In this document: in pieces, positions 51,101 to 62,609 of the stretch | How positions within the stretch are numbered: the stretch's first letter is position 1 | Layout: the number at the start of each line of letters is the position of its first letter | The notes under the pieces: model-generated | Databases searched by the model: none | Told to the model about the DNA's origin: nothing | The model's input: the letters and a program-made list of their open reading frames with translations, nothing else | Program-made: the position numbers and the translations under genes | Assembly: GCF_021028975.2 (NCBI RefSeq) | Contig: NC_059437.1 | Coordinates: 32,240,001 to 32,304,000 of the forward strand | Length of the DNA: 64,000 nucleotides | Reading direction: 5' to 3' | Source: Sphaerodactylus townsendi | Taxonomy: Eukaryota

Positions 51101-54100
51101 GGGGGTTCCAGGTAGCTGTGGGTATTGTCTCGCTCATGCTTTTCAATGCCTTCCTCATCCTTTGCACTCTCTTCCTGAGCATCTCCTGGTTCATCTACTC
51201 GCTCACCTTTGAGCTCATACTCATCAGCTTCTTGTTGGATGCGGTTGGTGCTACCTCCGCTGGCTATGACATTGCTGTCACCATCATTTTCGGCTTGGTC
51301 AGCTTCTACTGTTTCCTGACTGCCCTGGTCAACGGCACTTTTGAGAGGCCTCAACTCCCCATAGGACGACCCATTGTGAGGCTCAGTGGCTTCGGGGGAG
51401 GAAGCAGCAAGTGCCTTCACCTGCCAGCCAGGAAAGCGTCGTCAGTCAAGCAAGTCGCAGGTGAGGAAACAGTCCAGCCAGTAGGGCTATTTTTTTGCCC
51501 TTAGGCAGAATTTTGGTCATCTACCTTTGTTAAAATTCCTTCCAAAAATTCCTTCCACACGCCTTATACTGAGTCAGGCTCTAACACTGCAATCCCTGGG
51601 AGGAGGGTGGGAGGAAGGGCTGTGAAACCGACGTGACTCTGGTGTCATTGCCAGCCCATATGGCATAAGTGGCACTAATGCTACTGCAGGGGTCACTTCC
51701 ACTAATGCCAGGGAGCCACTCAGCTCTGTGTTGCTGAGTGCCATTGCACTGCTGCTGCACCGGTATTCCTTTGTTGCTGGAGCAGGTGCCAGCACCGATG
51801 GCTTCATTCTCGGGGGCAGAGCCAGCTTTAGTTGGCTTCCTGAGGTGTATCAGCCTGGGAATGCCCCCTTGTACTGGCATCAACTTATACCATCTAAAAG
51901 TGTGACACAGCCCACTGGGGAGTTTCAAGGGAGCTGGGAATATTTCCCCCTTTTCTCACATCCCACACTGCTGAAAACCTCTTTGGAGAGGGTGAAACTG
52001 TGCCATCCCCAGCCACTGCAAAACTATCTCCCCGCTGTGAATTGGACTGTTAGTCTGTCCAGCTCAGTACTGTCTACTCTGAGTGACAGCAGAACTGCAG
52101 GCTTTCAGGTGGAGGGTCTTTCACACTATTTACTAACTGATCCCTTTAACTGTGCGATCTGCCTTGAGTCTCACAGAGAAAGGTGGACTATAAATAATGT
52201 AAATAAATAAAATCTGTAAAAAGTTGTGATGTTGGGGAAATCAAACCTGGGACCTTTGGCATGCAACACTGATGTTGTACTGCTGGCCCCAACTCCCGTC
52301 TCATCCCGTCTCATCTGATGCTGTGCCCACAGGCCTGTTCACCAGATTGCACAGAGAGCTCCTGTTTCGTCAGCAGAGTTGGATTTCTGTTCTGATTTTG
52401 GACACTTAGATCTATTTTGCCACCTCAGACAAAATTACCCCATTATATACACAACTTACATGAGCTCAGTTGTCTGTTGCTACTAGTCCTTCCACGAATA
52501 AGCTAAACAGCGGCTGCCTAGTTTATAATGTACTAATGGACTGAAAGAGTCAAGGCATACTGCACTCCCTGTTCTGTGAGTCTGTGGCCTGGCATTGTTA
52601 ATTGAGGAGCTCATCCTTTGATTGTAGAGATAATGAAGAAAGGGGGCATCTGCGGGATCCCCACGGACACGGTATATGTGCTTTCAGCAGCCTGCAATCA
52701 ACCTGAAGCTGTGGAGAAGGCTTACAAGTAAGGGGTTAACTCTCCATCCAGAATTTCTCTGGAGATCTAATGCATGCACGGGGCGGCAGGGTGGGGCATC
52801 ATGTTTCTTGGGTCTCGTGGTCATGGGCAGAAACCTTTGCAACATACCTTCTCTCTGCAGCTGCCACACTCCCACACAGAATCTCTTCCAGAAGCTCACT
52901 GATAGTCTCCCTTTGGTTATCATGTAGCCAGATCTCATCCCTTTGAACATGCTTAGTTCACAAGTGTTTGTATGTGCATCCACATAGCTACTCGCCATGG
53001 GATCGGAGTAACCCGCCACAACTTCACACATAGTTCCTGTTTCTCATTCACATGGCACCATCCAGGACAATATTTTCATTAGCAGTCCTGGAAGTGACAT
53101 AGGGGATATTTTTGGTTCCAGGAGGAGAGAGAGTGGATTGTGTTGCTGTGGTTGCCATGATCAAGGAGTGTGGCAACTTCCAAGGTTTGGCTGAGGTCCT
53201 TGATTCAAATTTGCCTATTGATAGACTTATTGAACCTCTTGGTTCTCTCTCTCTCCCTAGCACAAAGCAGCAGGCTCAGGACCGTCCCATGTCCCTCTGG
53301 ATTTCAAGTTTGAAACAACTGGAACCAGCCAAGCATCTATTCAACCCTGTCCTCTGGGATTTCATGGATGCTGCATGGCCATCGCCTATCAGCCTGGTCA
53401 TTCCCAGGGGTGAGAGACTCTCCTCATTGCTGTCCTGATTTCTCTTTAACCCTTCCCTGTTTTGTTTTTTTGTTTTGCATCCCACTTCTCTGAGTGAATA
53501 GAATAGAATCTTTATTGGCCAAGTGTGATTGGACACACAAGGAATTTGTCTCCGGTGCATATGCTCTCAGTGTACATAAAAGAAAAATACATTTGTCAAG
53601 AATCATAAGGTACAACACTTAATGATTGTCATATAGGTCTAGTAAGCAATCAGGAAACAATCATTAGTAACGAAACCATAAAATGTAAAATCATAAAATA
53701 AAATGAAATAAAATGTAATGTAATGTAATGTCAGCACAGGCTATAGTCATACAGTCATAAGCGGGAGGAGATGGGTAATAAGAATGATGAAAAAAAGTAG
53801 TGCAGTAATTATATAATAAATATATAATAAATAGTTTAACATTATCGAGGAAATTATTTGTTTAACAGAGTGATGGCATTCGGGAAAAAACTGTTCTTAT
53901 GTCTAGTTGTCTTGGTGTGCAGTGCTCTGTAGCGACGTTTAGAGGGTAAGAGTTGAAACAGTTTATGACCAGGATGCGAGGGGTCAGTAAATATTTTCCG
54001 CAGCCCTTTTGACCTGTGCAGTATACAGGTCCTCAATGGAAGGCAGGTTAGCAGCAATTGTTTTTTCTGCAGTTCTGATTATTCTCTGAAGTCTGTGTCG

Positions 54101-57100
54101 ATCTTGTTGGGTTGCAGAACCAAACCACACAGTTATAGAGGTGCAGATGTCAGACTCAATGATTCCTCTGTAGAACTGTATCAGCAGCTCCTTGGGCAGT
54201 TTGAGCTTCCTGAGTTGGCGCAGAAAGAACATTCTTTGTTGTGCTTTTTTGATGACATTTTTGATGTTAGGTGACCATTTTAGGTCATGAGATATGATGG
54301 AACCTAGAAATTTAAAGGTCTCTACTGTTGATACTGTGTTGTCTAGTATTGTGAGAGGAGGTAGGATGGGAGGGTTTCTCCTGAAATCTACCACCATTTC
54401 TACGGTTTTAAGTGTGTTCAGTTCTAGATTGTTCCAGTGGCACCACGAGGCTAGTTGTTCAACCTCCCGTCTGTATGCGGTTTCATCGTTGTCTCGAATG
54501 AGACCAATCACTGTTGTATCATCTGCAAACTTCAGTATTTTAACAGATGGATCGTTTGAGATGCAGTCATTGGTATACAGAGAGAAGAGAAGTGGTGAAA
54601 GTACACAGCCTTGGGGGCCCCCTGTGCTCATATTACAAGTGTCTGATGTAATTTTTCCTAGCCTCACCTGCTGTTTCCTATCTGTTAGGAAGCTTGCGAT
54701 CCACTTACAAATATGCTCAGGTACTGCTAGCTGATTTAGTTTGGTTAGAAGAATGTCCGGTATGATAGTATTGAATGCTGAACTAAAGTCAACAAAGAGG
54801 ACCCTTGCATAGGTCTTTGGCGATTCAAGATGCTGTAGAATATAGCGCAAAGCCATATTAACAGCATCATCTGTCGATCTATTTGCTCGGTATGCAAATT
54901 GCAAGGGGTCCAACAGTGGATCCGTGATGGTTTTCAAATGATACATCACTAGCCTTTCAAAAGTTTTCATAACTACAGATGTTAGAGCAACTGGTCTGTA
55001 GTCGTTCAGTTCCTTGATGGAAGGCTTCTTTGGCACTGGGACGATAGTGGAGTGTTTGAAGCAGGAAGGAACATAGCACATCTCTAGTGATTTGTTGAAG
55101 ATTTGGGTGAAGATGGGGGCCAATTGGACAGCACAGACTTTTAAGCAAGAAGGTGTTATCTTGTCTGGGCCTGGTGCTTTTCCAGGCTTCTGTCTGTGAA
55201 ATAGATCTTGCACTTCCTTTTCTGAGATCACCAGGGGTTGTAAACCCAATGAAATGGGTGCAGTTGTAGGAAGTTTGGCTATTGTTGGTGCATCTGAAAT
55301 AGAGGTTGTGGAGAAAGGTGACTGTAGATTATTTTCAAACCTGTGGTGCTCCACTTAAGTGGTGCTTAAGTGGTGCTTAAGTGGTGCTCCACTTAAGGGC
55401 CGTTGCTGTCATTTTCTCTTCAGGATGGGAGAGTTTTCATGCTGATTAACTCTTTTTCTTTCCAATGTAGGTGAATGGGTGGACTACCTGGGCATGAAAG
55501 ACTCTGCTAAATATGTTGGTACCCCTCAGAGCGTAGCTATTCGCATCCCAGATTGCTCAGTCACTACCCATCTGATTGATTTGGTGAGCTGAATCTAGAA
55601 CCTCTTCAGTATGTCTGCCTCTGTGTTTGTGAAAGACCATGGAAAGATTGGTGAGCAATCCAGGAATGTATTCTGTACCACTCACCTCTTAAATAGCATA
55701 TAGGTGAAATCTGTAAGGTTTGCAGATTTGAATTCTACTTCAATGTTTTTTTCTGCACCAGACTTCTCAGTTCTAGAGAAGTGTGAGCTTGGTTTATTTT
55801 CAAAAAAGTCTCCTCATAAGGATAGGAAGCTTTTTAAAAAGAATGTGATTTTTATTTAATCTGACTTCCATGACAGAGCCAATACACAGGGAATTGTCTC
55901 ATTCTAGGATTTGCTCTGTTATGACAGGAAAAGCTACCCTCTGTAGATCCAGCCTCGTGCATGCAATTCTTTTTGATCTTATGAATAGCCGCATTCTCTC
56001 ACTTTCTTTCTCGGTCTTTAGGTTGGCCCAATTACTGTCACATCTGCCAATCCTACAGGAGAAGCAGACACTACTCACCACAACCAGGTGTATGCCAAGC
56101 TGGGAAACAAGGTAAATTCTATGCAAATGCTTGCTCTTTTGGCAGTCCCTCTTGGAACTTTAGGGTACCAGTGCTTAAGTTCAGTGTACTTTGGGGAACT
56201 TTGGGGGAGTCAAATGTCTAGAACAGGAGTCTCCAATGTGATGCTTGTGGGTGCCATGGCTCGAACCAACACCTTTCCTGGGCCCTGCTGCCTAGTGTTT
56301 CTAGAAAGTGGATGGATCAAATGTCTTTTTTTCCCCAGCAGGGTATCTGACTGGCTGTTAGAAAGCTTATTGGCTGTGCAGGGTTTTTTTTAAAAAAATA
56401 GTACTTTGGCAGCAGCTATCTTCAAAGCACAAGAACCGTAAACAATATTTTATTTTTAGAAGGCATCCTGTTAAATGGAGTTTCTGCCTGCAGTGCTAAA
56501 AGTTACAGAATTATATGTGACCTTACTCTGGCTCCTATGGCAGCCATTTTGTGCTTGCATCTACCACCCTGTGACACACTTCTAAAAGTGCCTGCAGGCT
56601 CAGAAAGGTTGGAAGGCCTTGTTCTAGAAAGACCCAAAATATAAGTGCTGCTGATTTGCTCAGAATAAGAGCCTTTTATTTCACTGGATCCATTCACTAC
56701 AGTTGTGCGCAGGACAGGAGTGGAAACATCTGAGCCTTTTCAGTTTACCTACCTTCTTTCCCTATGAAAAGAAGAGTGGTCCTTTCCGCACAGCCAAAAT
56801 GAAATGTCCTGCAGACATTTTAAAAAGATCTGTTTTGGCTCTCTATGCTGAGCCATGGATCTTCCACCAGTTTAGTCTGGCTTGAACTCAGAATACCAGA
56901 GCACCATGAAGGCAGGATGTATTTCTTGTATAAATTGCCAGAACATGTCTGGACAGAGCTTCTTCTCTCCACTAAAAAAAATCTGAGACACAGTGACGAT
57001 TCTTCTCTAGGTGGATGCTGTTCTTTGTGATGGACCTTCTCCGGAGAACATAGCCTCCACAGTGGTGGATTGCACCAAGATTGAGAGTGGGAACATTGGG

Positions 57101-58164
57101 TTCTTTAGAGTCGGTCTTGTCCCCAAATCCCAGGTCAGCATTGTCTCATCGATCCTTCTCTTGTACAATCATCTTGATGTGTTAATTCAGCCACATTTAT
57201 TGTTTAAAATTATGTATTGTAAAGTACAGTGCAATGTGTATAAAACGTTTGCAAGCCTGATAAAAGTTCTACACAAAGATCGTAGGAGGGGAACCTCTGG
57301 GCACTTAAGCAAAAATGTAAACATGTTGGCACTCCAATATATCTGCCATCCAGGGGCACAGAAAGTGTTGTCCTTCTTTTTTAAATAACTTTGAACCTAC
57401 CTTCTTCCAAACAGCTTAGAGCAGCACGCATAATTCCTTTCCATTTTGTCTCACAACATCCCTGTGAGGGAGGTTAGAAAAAAATGACTGGCCCAAAGTC
57501 ACCCAGGTAGTTTCAGTAGGAATTTGAAATCAGGACTCAGTGTGGCATACTGAGGACTACACACTAAGCACTGGATTTCTGGAAGGACAAACTCATATTT
57601 TTTCTCGCAATCATACATGTAAACTTTGCTGAGAACAGTCTCACTTGCTAATGCAACACCCCTTTGCAGTCTACAGAGCTTGCCATCTGCACTTGCAGCT
57701 CACTGTCCGACAGCATTGCTTTGCCCAGGATTCTAGAAAACGAAGCATTTTATAGGGCTTCAGTTCTACTGATGACTTTTGCAGTCAGAGTCAGAGTGTG
57801 GCCCTGTGCAGCCTGTGCATGCATCAGAGCAGCAGGTGTGCCTTGAGAGACCCGGAGCTCTTGAAAACGGACACCGGGCTTCATTCAGAGGAGATTAAAC
57901 TAGGAAGGGAGTCCCTAGATCCACCGAACATCCATTGAATCTTGCATTCTTTGTCTCTGTTTTCAGGTATTACAGATTCTGGAGCAGGTCCAAAAAAGAC
58001 ACCAGTCAGGCCACATCAACAGCACCCTGGCTCTGGAGGGCAAGGAAGAGCAGCATACCCTGTTAAAAGCCTCCCTCATCAATGGTGCTCATGTTCAGAG
58101 GAAGTCACCAACATCGTATACTAACAGTGCATTTTGTGTTGATGAGAGAGATGAACCTCAGTGA
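48106..58164 (+). CDS. Uncharacterised 873-aa polytopic membrane protein: three SatP/YaaH/Gpr1/Fun34-like repeats plus C-terminal Sua5/YrdC-like domain; exons 48106-48151, 48717-48830, 49772-51460, 52628-52727, 53261-53409, 55471-55583, 56022-56111, 57011-57133, 57967-58164
   Basis: Nine GT-AG exons give a 2622-nt open frame. Membrane part: YADAEVLGY...AGGLLKLLCGSMAFSRGKTLESCAFILYGFMW...[21 protein letters not shown] aligns by eye with E. coli SatP. YrdC part: GGICGIPTDTVY, AWPSPISLVI, AIRIPD, TSANPTG, STVVDC, FFRVG. TATAAA at 48068-48073; AATAAA cluster 59188-59254. Confidence 0.88.
48951..49160 (+). mobile_element. tRNA-derived SINE (Squam3-like); further minus-strand copies at about 32690-32880, 47280-47420, 52060-52280
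   Basis: AGCTCAGCGAGAGAGCATCTGCTTGGCATGCAGAAGGTCCCAGGTTCAATC tRNA-like head followed by a body shared among the copies. Confidence 0.7.
49423..49548. mobile_element. Palindromic hAT-type MITE (family of 259 element)
   Basis: TSD TTCTAGTC on both sides; CAGGGGTCTGCAACCTG...CAGGTTGCAGACCTCTG. A half copy lies at about 40074-40145. Confidence 0.8.
53496..55342 (-). mobile_element. 5'-truncated Rex1/Babar-type LINE (RT domain) in intron 5 of the AceTr-YrdC gene
   Basis: ORF 55354-53984: KAPGPD, NDYRPVALTS, QFAYRANRSTDDA, FVDFSSAFNTI, PQGCVLSPLLF, KFADD; one frameshift near 54000 continuing to ...SFFPNAITLLNK*; 3' AATAAA and (TTCTA)n tail at 53496-53515. Confidence 0.88.
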
Positions 58165-59718
58165 ACAAAAGTAGTCCAGATGTAAACATGAGTTGGTCCT
58201 CAAACTGCGCCCCAAAGCCCCTTTTGTTCATCAAAGAATGGGCTTCATTCCAATTGAACATAGACAGTGTTACGGCCTGGAAATGGAGGATGGACCATGG
58301 CCAGCTGAATTCTCATGACAGCTGCTCTGGAGCTTTACTTTTGGCCTCAGTTTGCCATCTGTCAAGTGACTTGCCCGGCAGCCTCTTGCAGGCTGTGAAA
58401 TGTTTCCAACATTATTTAAATAATAATGTGCTGTACAGTTATTTTTGGTTGCATTCCAAAACTGTTGTCCCTTTTCTTACAACTTTTAAAACACAGTTAA
58501 AATATTTCTTATACATCTCTTATCTACATTACTAAAGCCCATTTGACTTTGAAAGAAAATGGGCTCTGGGAAGGGTGGGAAGGGCAGGGTTGCCAGGGAT
58601 CCCTGCCCCCTCCCTCAGGCCCCCCAGGAGACTGCTCGCACAGCAGCCTTCGCCTGAGTCCCAGTCAGACTTACCAGAGGGTGGAGGTGTTCCTCACTGC
58701 CAGGTGGGTGCGGGTGCCAGATGCAGTGGGAGAGTGGCAACTCTATTCTTGTCTATGCTGTGCTGTGGTTGCAAATAGAAAAGGGCCGCCATATCTGGGA
58801 GGCACAAAATTCCCACTGCACATGTGATATAAAGAGTTTGTGTTGTTCTCCAACAAATGAGAGGCCTTTTCTAATGTATAGATGGAGCCTGATCCAAATG
58901 GACCCCAAACCCAACCTGTGGATCCACAATGTGTGAACTGGTGGTGAGCAGGTTTCAGTGTGTATCTGGACTTCTCAAGCAAACCCTGGGTGAACAATTG
59001 TAAAGATACAATTTGAAAGCAAGCTATTACATTGAAAGCAAACTATTGTCTAGAATACAGTTTTACAGCTGCTGTTTTGTGAAGCATCTACTCTCTCTTG
59101 CTGACAGCTCTATCCCTGAGGGCTCCACTCATATTATGCAACCATGCTGGACATCAGCATTCCTTAAAATTAGGTGCTCCCAAAAGAAATAAAGGCCATT
59201 GTCAACATTAAAAAATGTGCACACATTTAAATAAATAAAAATCACCTCAATAAAACAGTCCTGTCTATGCAAAACTGAGGGTGTCTGGAGGTAGAAGCTG
59301 GCCTAGGTGGAAAGGCCCATTTAGACCCGTTTTGTTTTTCACACAAGTGCCTAAATACAGTATAGTCGGCCTTCTTTATCTGATCTACCTTCTCAGCATC
59401 CACATCAAAAGGTGGGAAAGAGAATCAGCTGACACTTTTGAAGGGCAGCCTTACCCCCTCAGTGACAAATTACCCCTGCTATAAAGGACAGGAGGAAGAA
59501 GCAAGGTTGCTTTGCTAGTTGGGACTCTCTCCCCGTTTGACTTCTTACTTAGGGTTGCTAACTTCTAAGTGAAGATCTGAAGATCCCCCAGAATTACAAC
59601 TGACCTTCAGATGACAGATCAGCTTAGAGAAAATGGCTGCCTAGGAGGGTAGACTCTACAATATTACAGCCAGCTGAGGTCCCTTCCCACCCCAAACTAC
59701 ACACTCGTCAGGCTCCAC

Positions 59719-59838
59719 CACTAGCACCAAGGGGGCAGGGGTGTGTGTGACGCACAGGATGCATGCTGGTGTGGGGGCGTGACAGGGGCGCAGGGCGCAC
59801 TTGTGCCCCAGGCATAGTTCCCCCTCGCTCCAGCCCTG
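59719..59838. mobile_element. hAT-type MITE (family of 43885 element), left end eroded
   Basis: 8-bp direct repeat GGCTCCAC flanks; right end TTCCCCCTCGCTCCAGCCCTG matches the family terminus. Confidence 0.65.
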
Positions 59839-62182
59839 GGCTCCACCCCCAAATCTCCAGGAGCCCACCAGCTCTATCACATGACACCACCAGTTCCAAG
59901 GTCTTGGCCTTGCCCGCTTCAGTCTCCCTTAGAGGCCTTTATAATGGCTACAGCTGGGGGTCTCCAAACTTTAATTATACAAGTCAAACTATGTAAAAAA
60001 TTGGAGTCAGAGACCAGCAAAGAGCCAAGATATCACTTTCTCTTATTATGTCACTTCTAGGTTAAAGGACAACTCCTGAAATTCTTCTTCCAGTGAGGTT
60101 ACTCTTTCCCACCAACATTCTAATTTAAATTCCCTGCCTTACATCACTTCCTCTCCCTTACATCATTTCCTGCACTCCTCCTCCATTCATTGATGTTCCT
60201 CCATACCCTTGAGGATTAAAACACAAATAAAGAACTAGCCAGTAAATATACAGATTAATATTATTGGTATAACTGACTTATTGATTAACAATTGCATTAA
60301 AATAATGTTTATACCCCCAGACTTTTCCCAGTGGGACTTCTATTGCTTATTTCTCTGGGAGAAGGCCTGCTCACACATGTGATTTGAAGGAAGCTGAAGT
60401 ACACAGAGTCAGAGAGTCAGGGTTTTACAAGTGCCTGCTTTATTCAGCCATGTAAGAGTCAACTGTTGTAAACAGAATACTGGCATCATAGCAGCTTCTA
60501 CAAGGTCTCTCTCTTCTAGTCAAAAGGAGAGGCAGATATGCAGGCATAGATAGATTGCAGAGACACACTTATTGAGTATTTGCATAGTATAGATTGAAAG
60601 AGTTTGCTTTTCCTTTATCTAGTGTAACTTTTTCTTTATCTTGTGTAACCTCATTTGTTATCTAGTGAAGTTCTACAAGACAACCACTCACATTTCTGCC
60701 CTATGATTTACTCTAATAATTCAGTAGAATACCAACAAAAGGTTAAGGGCCCAGGGGTTTCCACTGCATTATTTGTGTGTTTCAGAGGACCCAAGAAGGG
60801 CTCCATTGTGACTGTCACCACTTTATCTCATTGCGTGACACCTGCAATTAAATTGGCTTACCACAAGGCTATCCTTGCCCAATTGCTATGAGGGCACACT
60901 CTACCAGCCACTTAGCCACTAACAGCTTTTAAATCTCACGTAGACTTCAACGACCTCTGCAAAGTAGCGATGTGGTCCACTCCATTAACTTTCATCAGGC
61001 ATTATGCTGTGGACTTCAACGCTAGGGTGGAGATGACTGTGGGTCAATCTGTGTTGCAATCTGTGGATCACTGATAGTACCACGCCCACCTCCACAGTAT
61101 GTGAGCTTGCCATTCTTCCATGTGGGACTGCATAGAGGCCATGACAATGAAGAACAGCATTGCTTACCATAGTGGCTCTAGATTCATCTAGAGTCTCTCT
61201 GTGCAGGCACACATCCCTCCTACCTTTCCCTCTGTGAGTTGTCATCTAGCTCAAGTGGTGGCTTCCCCTAGTGGTAAAGGGAGATCTTGGAGGGAGGGAG
61301 TGCACCCTTTCCCCTTGGCTTGGTCACACGCTCTTCCTGGGCAGGAAGAGAAGCTAGCCCAGGCTTATGATTGAAGGAAGGGAAGAACTCATCTGATAAC
61401 TAGAAGCTCTTAAAAAGCTAATTAAAATGCTCTGCAGCTGGCCTGCACAAGTGCAGTCCCAAAATCTTTAATTGCCTCTAAAGGCGGGGGGGGGGGGTCC
61501 CCTTTGTTCTATCTGTCTGAAATTTGGTACTAGTGAAATACTGCAATCATCTGAAAACCATGAAGATACATACCTGAGTGGGGAAAAAAAGATGTCTGTG
61601 CCTGCCATTGAAAACCAAATTTAACATTGGACTGGATCGTGTTGTAATTTGCACCAGTGGTCATTGGATACGCGTCTAGACAAGTCATTGTCTTCATACT
61701 TCATTGGCACTATTATTTGTGCCATAAAGACCTCTTAATATTTACTCAGCACACCTCTCTGCGGTACCAATTTTATCAGTATTTGCTCAAATATAGTAAT
61801 CTTTTCAAATACCTTAAATTGCTTTCCAAGTATGGGTATTCATACCCTAATACAGCTTCTGACTCAAACTTCTCTTGAATTGTTGCATATATCAGTAATG
61901 ACTGTGACCCTGTAGAATCAATTAACTAAGTGAATCCATGTCTTACTCATCATAAGAAGTTGCTGGTTTTCCTGGTTACTTCAAATTTCTGATGGGCAAT
62001 AAAAGGTACCTAACAAAAAGTTGGTGCTATTTGTGACCTGTTTATGTCCCACAACTCTAAAATCTGAGCATATTAAACTTGGCATGGACTGCTTCTGTTC
62101 TCTTTTCTAAACACATCCAACTGGCTACTGGATCATGTCTGTGTATTTTATTTGTTCCATATTCCATAAATACGTTTAATCA

Positions 62183-62185
62183 AAA

Positions 62186-62240
<55 letters not shown>

Positions 62241-62241
62241 A
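62183..62241. repeat. (AAAT)n microsatellite
   Basis: About 14 perfect units. Confidence 0.95.
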
Positions 62242-62421
62242 GTTTATTTGTCCCATATTCCAGGCAACTGGCAAATTGTTCCGCATTTGTAGGAACAAAG
62301 CTGCAGCTTTTGCAACATTTGCTTCTGTGCTTGGAGCAGGTAAAACCTCCTTGAGAATATGGCATACAAAGGAACGTTTCTGATCTTAGGGTGCTTAAAT
62401 TCATATTGTTAGCATGTGGAT

Positions 62422-62609
62422 CAGAGGCGGAGCAAGGGGAAACTTCGCCCGTGCAGTGCCCGTGGCCTGCACCCCTGCTGTGGTGCCGCCCAACCTGGAA
62501 CACCCCCGCCACGTCCCCGTCATACCCCCTCCACGGCCTGGCCATGACTCCGCCATGGCTCCATCTGGGGCACTGCGCCCCACCCCGCCCTGTTGGTGCT
62601 ACCCCTCTG
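62422..62609. mobile_element. hAT-type MITE (family of 43885 element)
   Basis: TSD ATGTGGAT/AGGTGGAT; CAGAGGCGGAGC...GCTACCCCTCTG termini. Confidence 0.72.

Noticed and set aside
49774-51504. 576-aa ORF as a stand-alone intronless gene
   Set aside because: Starts at GTG right after a splice acceptor and has a donor at 51460; it is an internal exon.
55343-55396. CRISPR-like short repeat array
   Set aside because: Eukaryotic context, no unique spacers; a junction stutter at a LINE end.
38040-58164. Bacterial contamination explaining the ElbB-, SatP- and YrdC-like sequences
   Set aside because: Genes have spliceosomal introns filled with squamate repeats and are contiguous with the vertebrate locus.
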